Shown here: piece by piece, positions 31,315 to 40,772 of the stretch
How positions within the stretch are numbered: position 1 is the stretch's first letter
Layout: each line of letters opens with the position of its first letter
From: Escherichia phage HX01
Reading direction: 5' to 3' (one strand)
DNA: 64,000 nucleotides
Sequence record: NC_018855.1
The notes under the pieces: model-generated
Databases searched by the model: none
Told to the model about the DNA's origin: nothing
Seen by the model: only the letters and a program-made list of their open reading frames with translations
Made by a program: the position numbers and the translations under genes

Positions 31315-31815
31315 ATGAATATGCAATTGATTACTAACGATATGGTTGTGGCAGCATTCGGTGATTCTACAGATGGAATCCGGGTCTTTAAGAAAGGACG
31401 TCCAGTTGGTTATCTTACTGACCTACGTGTTACACTGGCCAAAAATCTTAAAAAGAAGTTAAAGCAAAAGGAATATTCAACACGTTACACCGAAGAGAAA
31501 CGCGAAGCGATGCCGGAAGCAGTTAATGCCATGGTAGAATTTCTTCAAAATAATTTGACTAAATATGACGCTAATGTGTTCATTAATATTAGTCAACCAA
31601 ACGTACATATCGCAGGTATAAAATTCTACATTATTTGCGACCCTCTTACCGACAAATTCAACCGTCTCGGAATCTCAAGTCCGTATCATACAGCAGAAGA
31701 GTTGTGTGTATTGTTTGAATCGTACAAAATCCAGTGTGATGGTCCGAAAACCGTTCTTATCAATGGATTATCCCGAGATGAAATCATTGAGATTATTAAA
31801 ACATGCTTAAAGTAA
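31315..31815 (+). CDS. alc: host transcription shutoff protein Alc
   Basis: ATG at 31315 with GAGGAG RBS gives 166 aa (T4 Alc 167 aa); position between rnlA and spanins. Confidence 0.65.
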   Translation: MNMQLITNDMVVAAFGDSTDGIRVFKKGRPVGYLTDLRVTLAKNLKKKLKQKEYSTRYTEEKREAMPEAVNAMVEFLQNNLTKYDANVFINISQPNVHIAGIKFYIICDPLTDKFNRLGISSPYHTAEELCVLFESYKIQCDGPKTVLINGLSRDEIIEIIKTCLK

Positions 31816-32159
31816 ATCCGATTTATGCTATAGTAGCAGCTTTTGCTCTAGTTTCTACGGCAACAATAGTTGTCTTAAACAACAAAGTTGATTCGTTGAA
31901 TACTGAATTAGCTTCTGTCAAAGAGACTGCTAAAAACAATGCTAAAGTATTAGACGACTTCAAGGTTCAGTATCAGTCAATCGAAGAAATGACTTATAAG
32001 AACCGTGTTTTAGTTGACCAACTTAAGGCCGAAAATGAAAAGCTCCGTAAGGATTCGAAGAAGAAGAACGTGGTGGCAAGTAAACCAGGATTGGTCGAAA
32101 AACAAATCAACAAGTCCTTCGATTCCTTTGCAGAAGACCTCAGGAAGCTCTCAGAATGA
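31803..32159 (+). CDS. inner-membrane spanin (i-spanin, PseT.3-like)
   Basis: 118 aa; N-terminal TM helix then charged helical region; followed by overlapping lipoprotein gene. Confidence 0.7.
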   Translation: MLKVNPIYAIVAAFALVSTATIVVLNNKVDSLNTELASVKETAKNNAKVLDDFKVQYQSIEEMTYKNRVLVDQLKAENEKLRKDSKKKNVVASKPGLVEKQINKSFDSFAEDLRKLSE

Positions 32160-32446
32160 TTAAATTAACCGCAGTTGTATTATCTATTAGTATTTTGGCT
32201 GGATGTGCCCAGGATGTGCCCTTAAGCCCTAAAGAAACTTTACATCCGCCATGGCCTGAATCTATTGTTGAATATAACCAGAAATGGCAAGTAAAGGTTA
32301 TTGATGGTAATCCGTGGGTTGGAATGCCGTTTGAAGACTCTCAAGAATTTCGTATCTGGTTAAACGATGTAAAAAGATATGTACATGACCAGAAGACTAT
32401 GATATGTTATTATCGTAGTGGTTTAAAAGAGGAAAAATGCCAATGA
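32156..32446 (+). CDS. outer-membrane lipoprotein spanin (o-spanin, PseT.2-like)
   Basis: 96 aa; signal peptide with lipobox LAGC; overlaps i-spanin stop. Confidence 0.75.
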   Translation: MIKLTAVVLSISILAGCAQDVPLSPKETLHPPWPESIVEYNQKWQVKVIDGNPWVGMPFEDSQEFRIWLNDVKRYVHDQKTMICYYRSGLKEEKCQ

Positions 32447-32661
32447 CTAAAGAACAACATGAATACATTAAAGGGCTTATCTATGAATCTGAAATGGCGG
32501 CTATGATTTATGGGCGCCAGATTCAACGATTAGAATCTTTGCCTCCGACTAATGACCGATTGTTAGTTCAGTCTCGTGCTAATCTGAAAAATGAATATCA
32601 GAATAAGTGGGCAGTAGCGACTAAAGCTCTTCACGAGTATATTGAATCTTTAGTAAAATAG
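32437..32661 (+). CDS. hypothetical protein (74 aa)
   Basis: ORF overlapping upstream stop. Confidence 0.5.
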   Translation: MPMTKEQHEYIKGLIYESEMAAMIYGRQIQRLESLPPTNDRLLVQSRANLKNEYQNKWAVATKALHEYIESLVK

Positions 32662-32698
32662 TTTACAAACTCTCAGGAGCAGAGTATAATGCTCCTAT
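32661..32698 (+). promoter_or_regulatory. promoter with -10 TATAAT inside hairpin AGGAGCA...TGCTCCT
   Basis: GTTTAC at 32661; TATAAT 32685..32690; stem-preserving changes relative to 4269..4305. Confidence 0.6.
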
Positions 32699-32718
32699 GG
32701 ATAATTGAGGAAATCTAA

Positions 32719-33017
32719 ATGAAAACATTACTAGAGAATTACATCAAACGGTCTGATGAGTATATTGATATCTGTCGTGGAATGTCACTCGGCAATTATG
32801 ACAAAGATGCAGCAAAGGCACTAGATGAAGCAGGTAAAGCTCTTCGTAAAGCTGCTAAAGAAAAAGGGTTGGATTTGCAACAACTCAAAAGTCATATGAT
32901 TAAATTTATTTCTTCAAACGTTAGAAGTACGTCAATTAATAAAAACGTTGCTGAAATTAATAAAGACCGGCGCGAGCATAACATTCGTATTCTTGAAATT
33001 TTCTTAGGAATAAAATA

Positions 33018-33018
<1 letters not shown>
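32719..33018 (+). CDS. hypothetical early protein (99 aa)
   Basis: ORF after promoter with stem AGGAGCA...TGCTCCT; GAGGAAAT RBS. Confidence 0.5.
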
Positions 33019-34104
<1,086 letters not shown>

Positions 34105-34105
<1 letters not shown>

Positions 34106-34296
34106 TGAAACGATTATATGAAGTGATTGAGGCCATCGAACAGCATAAAGAATATTTGTTTGTAGTATGGCCTTTAGTAAATGGACGGTTCGGTATTGAT
34201 GTGCTGGACTATGAACATGAAGAATGGTTGGACGGCAGTATATTTGATAACGTCGACCAGGCAATTGAATGGTTAAATGAAAACTATGTACGATAA
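34105..34296 (+). CDS. hypothetical protein (63 aa)
   Basis: ORF with start overlapping pseT stop. Confidence 0.45.
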
Positions 34297-34501
34297 ACAT
34301 CATGAAATCGAAGATGAAGCATACAAAATGCTTCGTAAACTAGTGGGACTTAATATGAGTCCTACATTAATCAACAAACTCGCAGGAATTCGTAATGATC
34401 TGAATACTCGTTACAAAGGTGAATATCATGTAGAGTTTGTTCCTGTAGGTGAACCAACCGAGCGATTTGTTGTTCGAGTTAAAGTAAATACTGTACACTG
34501 A
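34277..34501 (+). CDS. hypothetical protein (74 aa)
   Basis: ORF overlapping upstream gene by 20 nt. Confidence 0.45.
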   Translation: MKTMYDKHHEIEDEAYKMLRKLVGLNMSPTLINKLAGIRNDLNTRYKGEYHVEFVPVGEPTERFVVRVKVNTVH

Positions 34502-34508
34502 GGTAATT

Positions 34509-34784
34509 ATGTTCCCAACTTATTCTGAAATTGTAAAGGTAGTCTTCAGTCAGATTATTGCTAATAATATGTTTGAAGTGCTTGATAATGCAGCCGAACT
34601 CAGAGTTCATGCTCAACTAACTCATGTACTCAATGCTTTGCTCCCAGACCAAGTAGATTCTATTGCTATTACTCTTCTCCCTGGGTCTGCACACGTCATA
34701 GTGGTATTTGATCTTGACGGCGATTTAGTTATCCAATGTGATATCAATTTCGGTACACAAAAAATTGAATGCAAAGCAATTTAA
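34509..34784 (+). CDS. hypothetical protein (91 aa)
   Basis: ORF with GAGGTAAT RBS. Confidence 0.45.
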   Translation: MFPTYSEIVKVVFSQIIANNMFEVLDNAAELRVHAQLTHVLNALLPDQVDSIAITLLPGSAHVIVVFDLDGDLVIQCDINFGTQKIECKAI

Positions 34785-34786
34785 TG

Positions 34787-34826
34787 GTTTACAACATGGT
34801 GGAGTTGTGATACTATAACTCTACCA
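34787..34826 (+). promoter_or_regulatory. early promoter with imperfect stem-loop
   Basis: GTTTAC at 34787; GGTGGAGTTGTGATACTATAACTCTACC (arms differ at one position). Confidence 0.5.
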
Positions 34827-34844
34827 ACAAATGAGGAAATAGAA

Positions 34845-35081
34845 ATGCTAAGTGAAAACCCAATTACAGTACACGAATTTCAGATTAAAGTAAAAGAATT
34901 TGCTCAAGCACTCATCAATAAAGTGTCTGAACGTTTCCAAGATGCAACATTACGAGTTATTCAAGAATCTCCACGTTCTTTTCTCATAATCGTTAATCCT
35001 AAAGATGGTGACCAAATTACTAATCTTAAATTAGGCAGTGATGGTCTTGTTGAAGCAACTCGAGTATATGGAACACTATAA
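34845..35081 (+). CDS. hypothetical early protein (78 aa)
   Basis: ORF with GAGGAAATAGAA RBS after early promoter. Confidence 0.5.
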   Translation: MLSENPITVHEFQIKVKEFAQALINKVSERFQDATLRVIQESPRSFLIIVNPKDGDQITNLKLGSDGLVEATRVYGTL

Positions 35082-35201
35082 TGAGAGCTATCTCATTACT
35101 ATCGAGAATGGTCATAAATCTGAGCACTACCAACTTAGCCTGTCTAATCCGGTTAAAGGTATTGTTGAATCAGAATCTGTTTATATCTCCTAAGGATTGT
35201 T

Positions 35202-36194
35202 ATGTTACCTGTCATCAGAAAACTTATTTCTCCAAAAGAACTGGCTGAGATTATTCCTTTGTCGGAAGCTTACGCATCACAAGTGGCTTCTCATCGCGAA
35301 CAAGTTAATTCGATTATGAATGGTGAAGACCCACGCAAACTTATTGTTGTAGGTCCTTGTTCAATTCATGACCCTATTGCTGCTGTTGAATACGGCAAAC
35401 GTCTGGCTGAACTTCAAACTCGTCTTCCTAATGTTCTGTTAGTGATGCGCGTTTATTTTGAAAAGCCTCGAACTACCGTAGGTTGGAAAGGTCTTGTAAA
35501 TGATCCATATCTTGACGGAAGTTTTGATATGAACCACGGTCTTATAGTTGCACGAACATTGTGTCGTAAACTTCTACGTATGGGACTTCCATTAGCAACT
35601 GAAGTATTAGACCCATTCACGATTAAGTATCTTTCTGGTATTTTCTCATGGGTTGCTATTGGCGCCCGTACGACTGAAAGTCAGACACATCGTGAAATTG
35701 CTTCAGGTCTACCGATGTGCGTAGGCTTCAAGAACGCAACCAATGGTTCTATTAAAGTAGCTACAGACGCGATGTATAGTGCCGCCTGGCCTCATCGGTA
35801 TATGGGTATGGACGTCGATGGTACTGTAGGCATTGTTGAAGCTGAAGGTAATCAGAATACGCATATCGTATTGCGTGGCGGGACTAACGGCCCGAACTAT
35901 CATTCTTCTGATATTCAAGAAGCTTCTAACAAAGCAAGTGCAGTAGGTCTGAATCATTATGTAATGGTTGACTGTAGCCATGCAAACGCTGATGGGTATT
36001 ATAGCAATCAAATTGGTATTGGTAAAAATTTAGCAGCTAATGATTTGGTCAAAGGAATTATGATAGAATCATTCCTACATGAAGGAAATCAAAAAATTTC
36101 TGATAATATGTCCTATGGCGTTTCCGTTACCGATGCGTGCATCGGTTGGGAACAAACTAAAGAGCTGTTAACTTATATTAATAAGGTTCAATAA
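35202..36194 (+). CDS. 3-deoxy-D-arabino-heptulosonate 7-phosphate (DAHP) synthase, AroG-type class I-alpha
   Basis: 330 aa with hallmark segments GPCSIHDP and EKPRTTVGWKGLVNDP plus GARTTESQTHRE, colinear with E. coli AroG/AroF/AroH; stop overlaps cd start. Confidence 0.85.
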   Translation: MLPVIRKLISPKELAEIIPLSEAYASQVASHREQVNSIMNGEDPRKLIVVGPCSIHDPIAAVEYGKRLAELQTRLPNVLLVMRVYFEKPRTTVGWKGLVNDPYLDGSFDMNHGLIVARTLCRKLLRMGLPLATEVLDPFTIKYLSGIFSWVAIGARTTESQTHREIASGLPMCVGFKNATNGSIKVATDAMYSAAWPHRYMGMDVDGTVGIVEAEGNQNTHIVLRGGTNGPNYHSSDIQEASNKASAVGLNHYVMVDCSHANADGYYSNQIGIGKNLAANDLVKGIMIESFLHEGNQKISDNMSYGVSVTDACIGWEQTKELLTYINKVQ

Positions 36195-36775
36195 TGAAAG
36201 CTAGCACATATCTTCAAATTGCTTATTTGATTTCTCAAGAATCAAAATGTTGTTCATGGAAAGTTGGTGCCGTCATTGAAAAAGATGGACGCATTATCTC
36301 TACTGGATATAATGGCTCACCCGCAGGTGGCGTTAACTGTTGTGAACATGCATCCGAAAATGGTTGGTTGAAGAATAAACCAAGCCCGGTCATCGTTGCT
36401 GGACATAAAGAAGGCACTACAGCATTTGGACGGGCAGATAATTTTGTTTTGGCTAAAGAACATCGGGCCGCTCATAGTGCATGGTCTGCTAATAATGAAA
36501 TCCATGCAGAATTGAATGCAATTTTGTTTGCAGCTCGTAAAGGTAATTCTATTGAAGGTGCTACGTTATATACTACGCTTTCTCCATGTCCTGATTGCAC
36601 TAAAGCTATTACGCAGTCAGGTATTAAAAAGGTTGTATACGCAGAATTATACGATCGATCTCCTGAAAATTGGGCAGACATTCTAAAACAAGCCGGTATT
36701 GAAGTAATTCAGTACTCTCGTAATAATCTTCGTTCTCTGAATTGGGAACAAATCCGAAACTTTTGTGGTGAATAA
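36194..36775 (+). CDS. cd: dCMP deaminase
   Basis: 193 aa (T4 Cd 193 aa); zinc-binding motifs HAELNAI and SPCPDC. Confidence 0.9.
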   Translation: MKASTYLQIAYLISQESKCCSWKVGAVIEKDGRIISTGYNGSPAGGVNCCEHASENGWLKNKPSPVIVAGHKEGTTAFGRADNFVLAKEHRAAHSAWSANNEIHAELNAILFAARKGNSIEGATLYTTLSPCPDCTKAITQSGIKKVVYAELYDRSPENWADILKQAGIEVIQYSRNNLRSLNWEQIRNFCGE

Positions 36776-37073
36776 TATGATTTTAACTGAACAAGAAACT
36801 ATGGTTCTTCGTGAACGTATTAAAACTATTCTGTCTGTAGGCGTTCATTGTGTTGTATTTGAAAAGGCTAACGGCGAGGTACGCACTATGTTTGCTTCGC
36901 GCGATGAACTTGAAGTCAAATATGAAAATAACAATCCAGCAACAGAAGTTCGTTATGAACCTCGTGAATCAGTTCGAGCATTCGATACCAAGTTAGGCCA
37001 GTGGCGTTCTTTCCGCCTTGATAAAGTAATTTCGGTTGATGGTACTCCGGCGGAACGTTTGCTTCTTATGTAA
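36765..37073 (+). CDS. hypothetical protein (102 aa)
   Basis: ORF overlapping cd stop; alternative start at 36777. Confidence 0.5.
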   Translation: MVNNMILTEQETMVLRERIKTILSVGVHCVVFEKANGEVRTMFASRDELEVKYENNNPATEVRYEPRESVRAFDTKLGQWRSFRLDKVISVDGTPAERLLLM

Positions 37074-37130
37074 TATGCTTTACGAATAGTATGGTATTAT
37101 TAATCTATCGTCAAACAACAAGGAAATAAG

Positions 37131-37463
37131 ATGTCTGAAGTACAACTCCCAATTCGTGCTGTTGGTGAATATGTCATTCTGGTTTCTGAACCCGCTCAAG
37201 CAGGTGATGAAGAAGTTACAGAATCAGGACTTGTGATTGGTAAACGTGTTCAAGGTGAAGTTCCTGAACTATGTGTAGTTCATTCTGTAGGTCCTGATGT
37301 TCCTGAAGGTTTTGTTGAAGTCGGTGATTTGACTCCACTACCAGTTGGACAAATTCGAAATGTTCCACATCCATTTGTGGCTTTGGGACTTAAACAACCT
37401 AAAGAAATTAAACAGAAATTCGTAACATGCCACTATAAAGCTATTCCGTGTCTTTATAAGTGA
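37131..37463 (+). CDS. 31: co-chaperonin gp31 (GroES analogue for capsid protein folding)
   Basis: 110 aa (T4 gp31 111 aa); GroES-like start [17 protein letters not shown]; AAGGAAATAAG RBS. Confidence 0.85.
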   Translation: MSEVQLPIRAVGEYVILVSEPAQAGDEEVTESGLVIGKRVQGEVPELCVVHSVGPDVPEGFVEVGDLTPLPVGQIRNVPHPFVALGLKQPKEIKQKFVTCHYKAIPCLYK

Positions 37464-37471
37464 TATAAATA
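37464..37471 (+). promoter_or_regulatory. late promoter (TATAAATA) upstream of rIII leader
   Basis: TATAAATA just after gene 31 stop; 116-nt structured leader follows. Confidence 0.5.
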
Positions 37472-37587
37472 ACTATATGAAGAGAACACTCTTCTAAGCG
37501 GTAGCCTACAACTGAGAGACTTGTCGAAAGAAGGTGAAATTCAGACGAACGTGGCTACTAAATATTATCTCGAATTGAGAATTTAAA

Positions 37588-37836
37588 ATGATTAAACAAT
37601 TACAACACGCTCTTGAACTGCAACGAAACGCATGGAATAACGGTCACGAAAACTACGGTGCGTCAATTGATGTTGAAGCCGAAGCACTGGAAATCCTGCG
37701 ATATTTCAAACATCTGAATCCTGCTCAGGCTACTCTGGCTTCTGAACTGGAAGCTAAAGATGAATTGAAATATGCTAAGCCTCTGGCTTCTGCAGCACGC
37801 AAAGCAGTTCGTCATTTTGTTATTACCCTGAAGTAA
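37588..37836 (+). CDS. rIII: lysis inhibition accessory protein rIII
   Basis: 82 aa (T4 RIII 82 aa) downstream of gene 31; long structured leader with late promoter. Confidence 0.6.
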   Translation: MIKQLQHALELQRNAWNNGHENYGASIDVEAEALEILRYFKHLNPAQATLASELEAKDELKYAKPLASAARKAVRHFVITLK

Positions 37837-37858
37837 GTTAAATCGAGGAGCCGTCGAA

Positions 37859-38050
37859 TTGTCTGATTATCGATTTGCGAATCGGTATGTTTTAGAAGTA
37901 CCGCCCCGACAATTTTACGGTGTACCTCTTGAATGTTACTATCATGCGTCAGAAAAGTGTTATCTGTGTAAGTCTTGGTGGTATGATGACGAGGTTTATG
38001 GTTATCCTGTCGTTAAATATCCAAAACCTATGTTCCCCTTGAGGGCTTGA
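37859..38050 (+). CDS. hypothetical Cys/Tyr-rich small protein (63 aa, TTG start)
   Basis: Track ORF begins at TTG 8 nt after GAGGAG; no ATG alternative. Confidence 0.3.
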   Translation: MSDYRFANRYVLEVPPRQFYGVPLECYYHASEKCYLCKSWWYDDEVYGYPVVKYPKPMFPLRA

Positions 38051-38098
38051 GCAGGCAATGTCAATAAGTCCTGCATTTTCATTTAAAGAGAATTTATA

Positions 38099-38278
38099 AT
38101 GGCAAAACAAGCTAAAGCAAAGAAAGCAGTTGAAAAGAAAGTTGATGGTACCTCTAAACGCGCTGGATACAAGCGTGGGTCGAACTCTCGTATTAATCAA
38201 ACAGTTGAGAAGATCATGCGCAGAGCACGTGCAGTTCTTCGAGATGATGCTTCTCGTTTTGGAAAGGTTGTTGCATAA
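38099..38278 (+). CDS. small lysine/arginine-rich basic protein (59 aa), not in ORF track
   Basis: ATG at 38099; product MAKQAKAKKAVEKKVDGTSKRAGYKRGSNSR...; stop 5 nt before a perfect UUCG terminator hairpin. Confidence 0.45.
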   Translation: MAKQAKAKKAVEKKVDGTSKRAGYKRGSNSRINQTVEKIMRRARAVLRDDASRFGKVVA

Positions 38279-38283
38279 TTTTA

Positions 38284-38305
38284 GGGAGACTTCGGTCTCC
38301 CTTTT
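38284..38305 (+). terminator. rho-independent terminator after 59-aa basic ORF
   Basis: GGGAGAC-TTCG-GTCTCCC followed by TTTTG. Confidence 0.8.
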
Positions 38306-38338
38306 GTGCGTTTAGGGCAGAAAAAGTTTAAAAAAGAT

Positions 38339-38372
38339 GTTTACTCTCCTGTAGGATGTGTTACTATAGACT
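38339..38372 (+). promoter_or_regulatory. early promoter
   Basis: GTTTAC at 38339; GGATGTGTTACTATAGAC; precedes ORF 38409. Confidence 0.55.
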
Positions 38373-38408
38373 TGTACCACCTAATCAATAAAACAATCGG
38401 AGAATAAA

Positions 38409-38777
38409 ATGAAAATCAATCTGAACTCATACATCAAATGTAAAGACCACGACGGTTATAAAGCTATCGAAATTAAAGAATTCCAGTGGATGTTATACAA
38501 AGAGCAATTTGAGTTCGTAGGTTGTATGACCCCTGAAGGTCCTTCAGATGATTTCTCTTGGAAAATTGTGCTAGCAAACTTTTTCACAGGTGACACATAT
38601 GAATTAAAAACTATTATTACCGGTAAAATTCGTTCAGAAACATATGTTGACGAAGAAACTGGTTACTCTGAAGATGTTACATGGTATCAAAATGGACGCA
38701 TTACAGCAGATAACCTGATCGAAAAAATGAAAGCCAAAGGTGTTTTAAATTTAGACAATTGGATTAAAGTTGCATAA
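38409..38777 (+). CDS. hypothetical early protein (122 aa)
   Basis: ORF with GGAGAATAAA RBS after early promoter. Confidence 0.55.
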   Translation: MKINLNSYIKCKDHDGYKAIEIKEFQWMLYKEQFEFVGCMTPEGPSDDFSWKIVLANFFTGDTYELKTIITGKIRSETYVDEETGYSEDVTWYQNGRITADNLIEKMKAKGVLNLDNWIKVA

Positions 38778-38781
38778 AACA

Positions 38782-38821
38782 GTTTACTTTGGTACAGGTT
38801 ATGTTATTATAGACCTGTACC
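38782..38821 (+). promoter_or_regulatory. early promoter embedded in stem-loop (arms GGTACAGG/CCTGTACC)
   Basis: GTTTAC at 38782; core TTATGTTATTATAGA flanked by 8-bp inverted repeat. Confidence 0.6.
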
Positions 38822-38851
38822 AACAAACAACTTAAACATCTGGAGAATAAA

Positions 38852-39217
38852 ATGAACTACACCAACTTCGAACGCAAATATGTTTCTAACGGTATCGCTG
38901 GTTCTATCGATATGGTTTGTTTGTGGAAGCATAAAAATGGTTCAGTATGTGAAATTGAGCAGTGCATGACTCCTAATTATGTTTATATGCGATTTGAAAA
39001 TGGCATCACGGTTTCAATCACGACGGAAGGTTCAAATTTTAAAATTGCATTAGATGATGATTTCCGTCAGCGTGATTTAGGTACTCATCCTTGCTGGAAC
39101 GGCGTTAATCGTAAACTTCTGGTTAAAACTTGGATTCGTCATATCCTGAGTAACCGAGCTAAACCTGAACATCTCGAAGCAATCTTTGATGTAGTTCTTA
39201 ACGAATTCGATATCTAA
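38852..39217 (+). CDS. hypothetical early protein (121 aa)
   Basis: ORF with GGAGAATAAA RBS after early promoter with 8-bp inverted-repeat arms; hairpin after stop. Confidence 0.55.
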   Translation: MNYTNFERKYVSNGIAGSIDMVCLWKHKNGSVCEIEQCMTPNYVYMRFENGITVSITTEGSNFKIALDDDFRQRDLGTHPCWNGVNRKLLVKTWIRHILSNRAKPEHLEAIFDVVLNEFDI

Positions 39218-39224
39218 TTTAACT

Positions 39225-39240
39225 GGGAGCTTCGGCTCCC
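39225..39240 (+). terminator. UUCG hairpin after ORF 38852..39217 (no U tract; possibly a stabilising or processing hairpin)
   Basis: GGGAGC-TTCG-GCTCCC followed by ACTGAGG. Confidence 0.35.
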
Positions 39241-39252
39241 ACTGAGGAAATT

Positions 39253-39867
39253 ATGTTTAAAGTTAATACTTTTTATAAAATGAATTTTAAAAATGGGGAT
39301 ATTACTCCACGCCTTAAAAACATGTTCTCATATGACCTTATCGAGCCTTTTGAAGTTTTAGAAGTTACTGATGCCGGCTCGGTTTGTGAAATTAGAACTT
39401 CTGAAGGTAAAATTTATCAGGCAGGTGTTGGTAAATTTAGTAATTGTTTTACTTTAATATTCTCGACCGATTTAGATGAGCATTTTATTGAATGTCCTAG
39501 CCCTAAGGTCTACGAAGTTCCACATCAAGAAACTAAGAAAAATGGCCCACACGAATATACGAAGGTTGAAACTCCTCATGGCGTGATGTGGCGTCATAAC
39601 TCTCCTTTTGGAAGTAAAGGAACATTTGCTCAACCGTCTAAACCGTATGATGATGAAAAATACATCGTCGTCTTTTTATCTGAACAGGGTACTCAAGACC
39701 GTGGATGCCAACGAAGTGGTTTACTAAGTGAACTTGAAGCTCATAACCAAGCACGTGAATTCGTTGAGAAAAATCCTGGTTCTGAAGCTCTAGTCATGAA
39801 AGCAATTACTCAATATATCACTGCTCAACCTGTTGTTCATCCGGTAGAAATTAATTTCGTTAAGTAG
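39253..39867 (+). CDS. hypothetical protein (204 aa)
   Basis: ORF with GAGGAAATT RBS; no recognised motif. Confidence 0.55.
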   Translation: MFKVNTFYKMNFKNGDITPRLKNMFSYDLIEPFEVLEVTDAGSVCEIRTSEGKIYQAGVGKFSNCFTLIFSTDLDEHFIECPSPKVYEVPHQETKKNGPHEYTKVETPHGVMWRHNSPFGSKGTFAQPSKPYDDEKYIVVFLSEQGTQDRGCQRSGLLSELEAHNQAREFVEKNPGSEALVMKAITQYITAQPVVHPVEINFVK

Positions 39868-39898
39868 TTTACATCCAAGGACGGATTAGAGTATAACG
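39867..39898 (+). promoter_or_regulatory. early promoter
   Basis: GTTTAC at 39867; -10 TATAAC; precedes ORF 39922. Confidence 0.45.
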
Positions 39899-39921
39899 AT
39901 TTCTTTAGTAAGTGGAAAAAT

Positions 39922-40119
39922 ATGAAATTTTTAATAGCACAAACAGTCCAATTAAAAGGTGTTGGAATTCCTGGGGTGATTTTTAAAGTTCTCCCTGAAT
40001 TTAAAACCGCCGCTGGAATTATCAATGAAGCGTATGCTGTTCAATGGGTTGATTGGACTTCTGACATACGTATGGGTAAAGAGTTATCTCCTATTAAAGG
40101 GTTGAAACATGTTGAATAA
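39922..40119 (+). CDS. hypothetical protein (65 aa)
   Basis: ORF after early promoter. Confidence 0.45.
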   Translation: MKFLIAQTVQLKGVGIPGVIFKVLPEFKTAAGIINEAYAVQWVDWTSDIRMGKELSPIKGLKHVE

Positions 40120-40321
40120 ATTAATCCAGAAATTGTTAGGTACAGAAATGGTTGAAGTTACGTATCGTGTGACTGACTGCTCGCCTATTCATCCACAGGA
40201 TGAACCATTTATCAAGACAATTAAAATGCTTAAAAACGATGGTGGTTTATCTATTGAAGACCGTCTGCCTAGTTACGGTCATTGGGCTGATGTTGAAATT
40301 ATAAGTGTTAAAGATGTCTGA
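40109..40321 (+). CDS. hypothetical protein (70 aa)
   Basis: ORF overlapping upstream gene by 11 nt. Confidence 0.45.
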   Translation: MLNKLIQKLLGTEMVEVTYRVTDCSPIHPQDEPFIKTIKMLKNDGGLSIEDRLPSYGHWADVEIISVKDV

Positions 40322-40772
40322 ATTAGAAATAAGAAGCAATTTCAAATGGCCGTCATGCGCATTAAGTAATTTCGCCCAATGGCCTTTTGTTATGGATGGT
40401 ATTCAATTCGGAGGACTTGAAGGATTTCTCCAAGGATGTAAGGTGAAAAACGTTGAACAACAAAAACGTATATTTGGGTTGTCTGGATTGGCTGCACAGC
40501 AAGCTGGAAGGTCTTATGCAAGAGCTCAGGACCGTGGGACTCTCTTCTGGTTAGGAGTTCCATTTTCAAGATACTCTGAAGCGTGGAAAGAATTATACAC
40601 AAATGCATATTTTGAAGCCGCGATCCAAAACAAGGGGTTTCGTGATGCCTTACAAGCCTCTAAAGGAAAAATTTTGAAGCACAGCATGGCCAGCCACCTA
40701 ACAAAAGATGATACAATATTAACCGAAGCTGAATTTATTGATGTGTTAAACCTATTAAGAGACTCTTTATGA
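40314..40772 (+). CDS. NADAR / YbiA-like domain protein (putative ADP-ribose or N-glycoside processing enzyme)
   Basis: Segment SNFAQWPFVMDGIQF...EGFLQGCKV aligns by eye with the YbiA/NADAR signature (SNFA.WP...DG...E.YFQA.KF); ATG at 40314 chosen over the upstream GTG. Confidence 0.55.
   Translation: MSELEIRSNFKWPSCALSNFAQWPFVMDGIQFGGLEGFLQGCKVKNVEQQKRIFGLSGLAAQQAGRSYARAQDRGTLFWLGVPFSRYSEAWKELYTNAYFEAAIQNKGFRDALQASKGKILKHSMASHLTKDDTILTEAEFIDVLNLLRDSL

Noticed and set aside
38130-38315. Track ORF 38130..38315 (61 aa) and minus-strand ORF 37949..38200
   Set aside because: The 38130 frame runs straight through the UUCG terminator hairpin; the alternative 59-aa frame at 38099..38278 ends just before the terminator and is preferred; the minus-strand ORF has no signals
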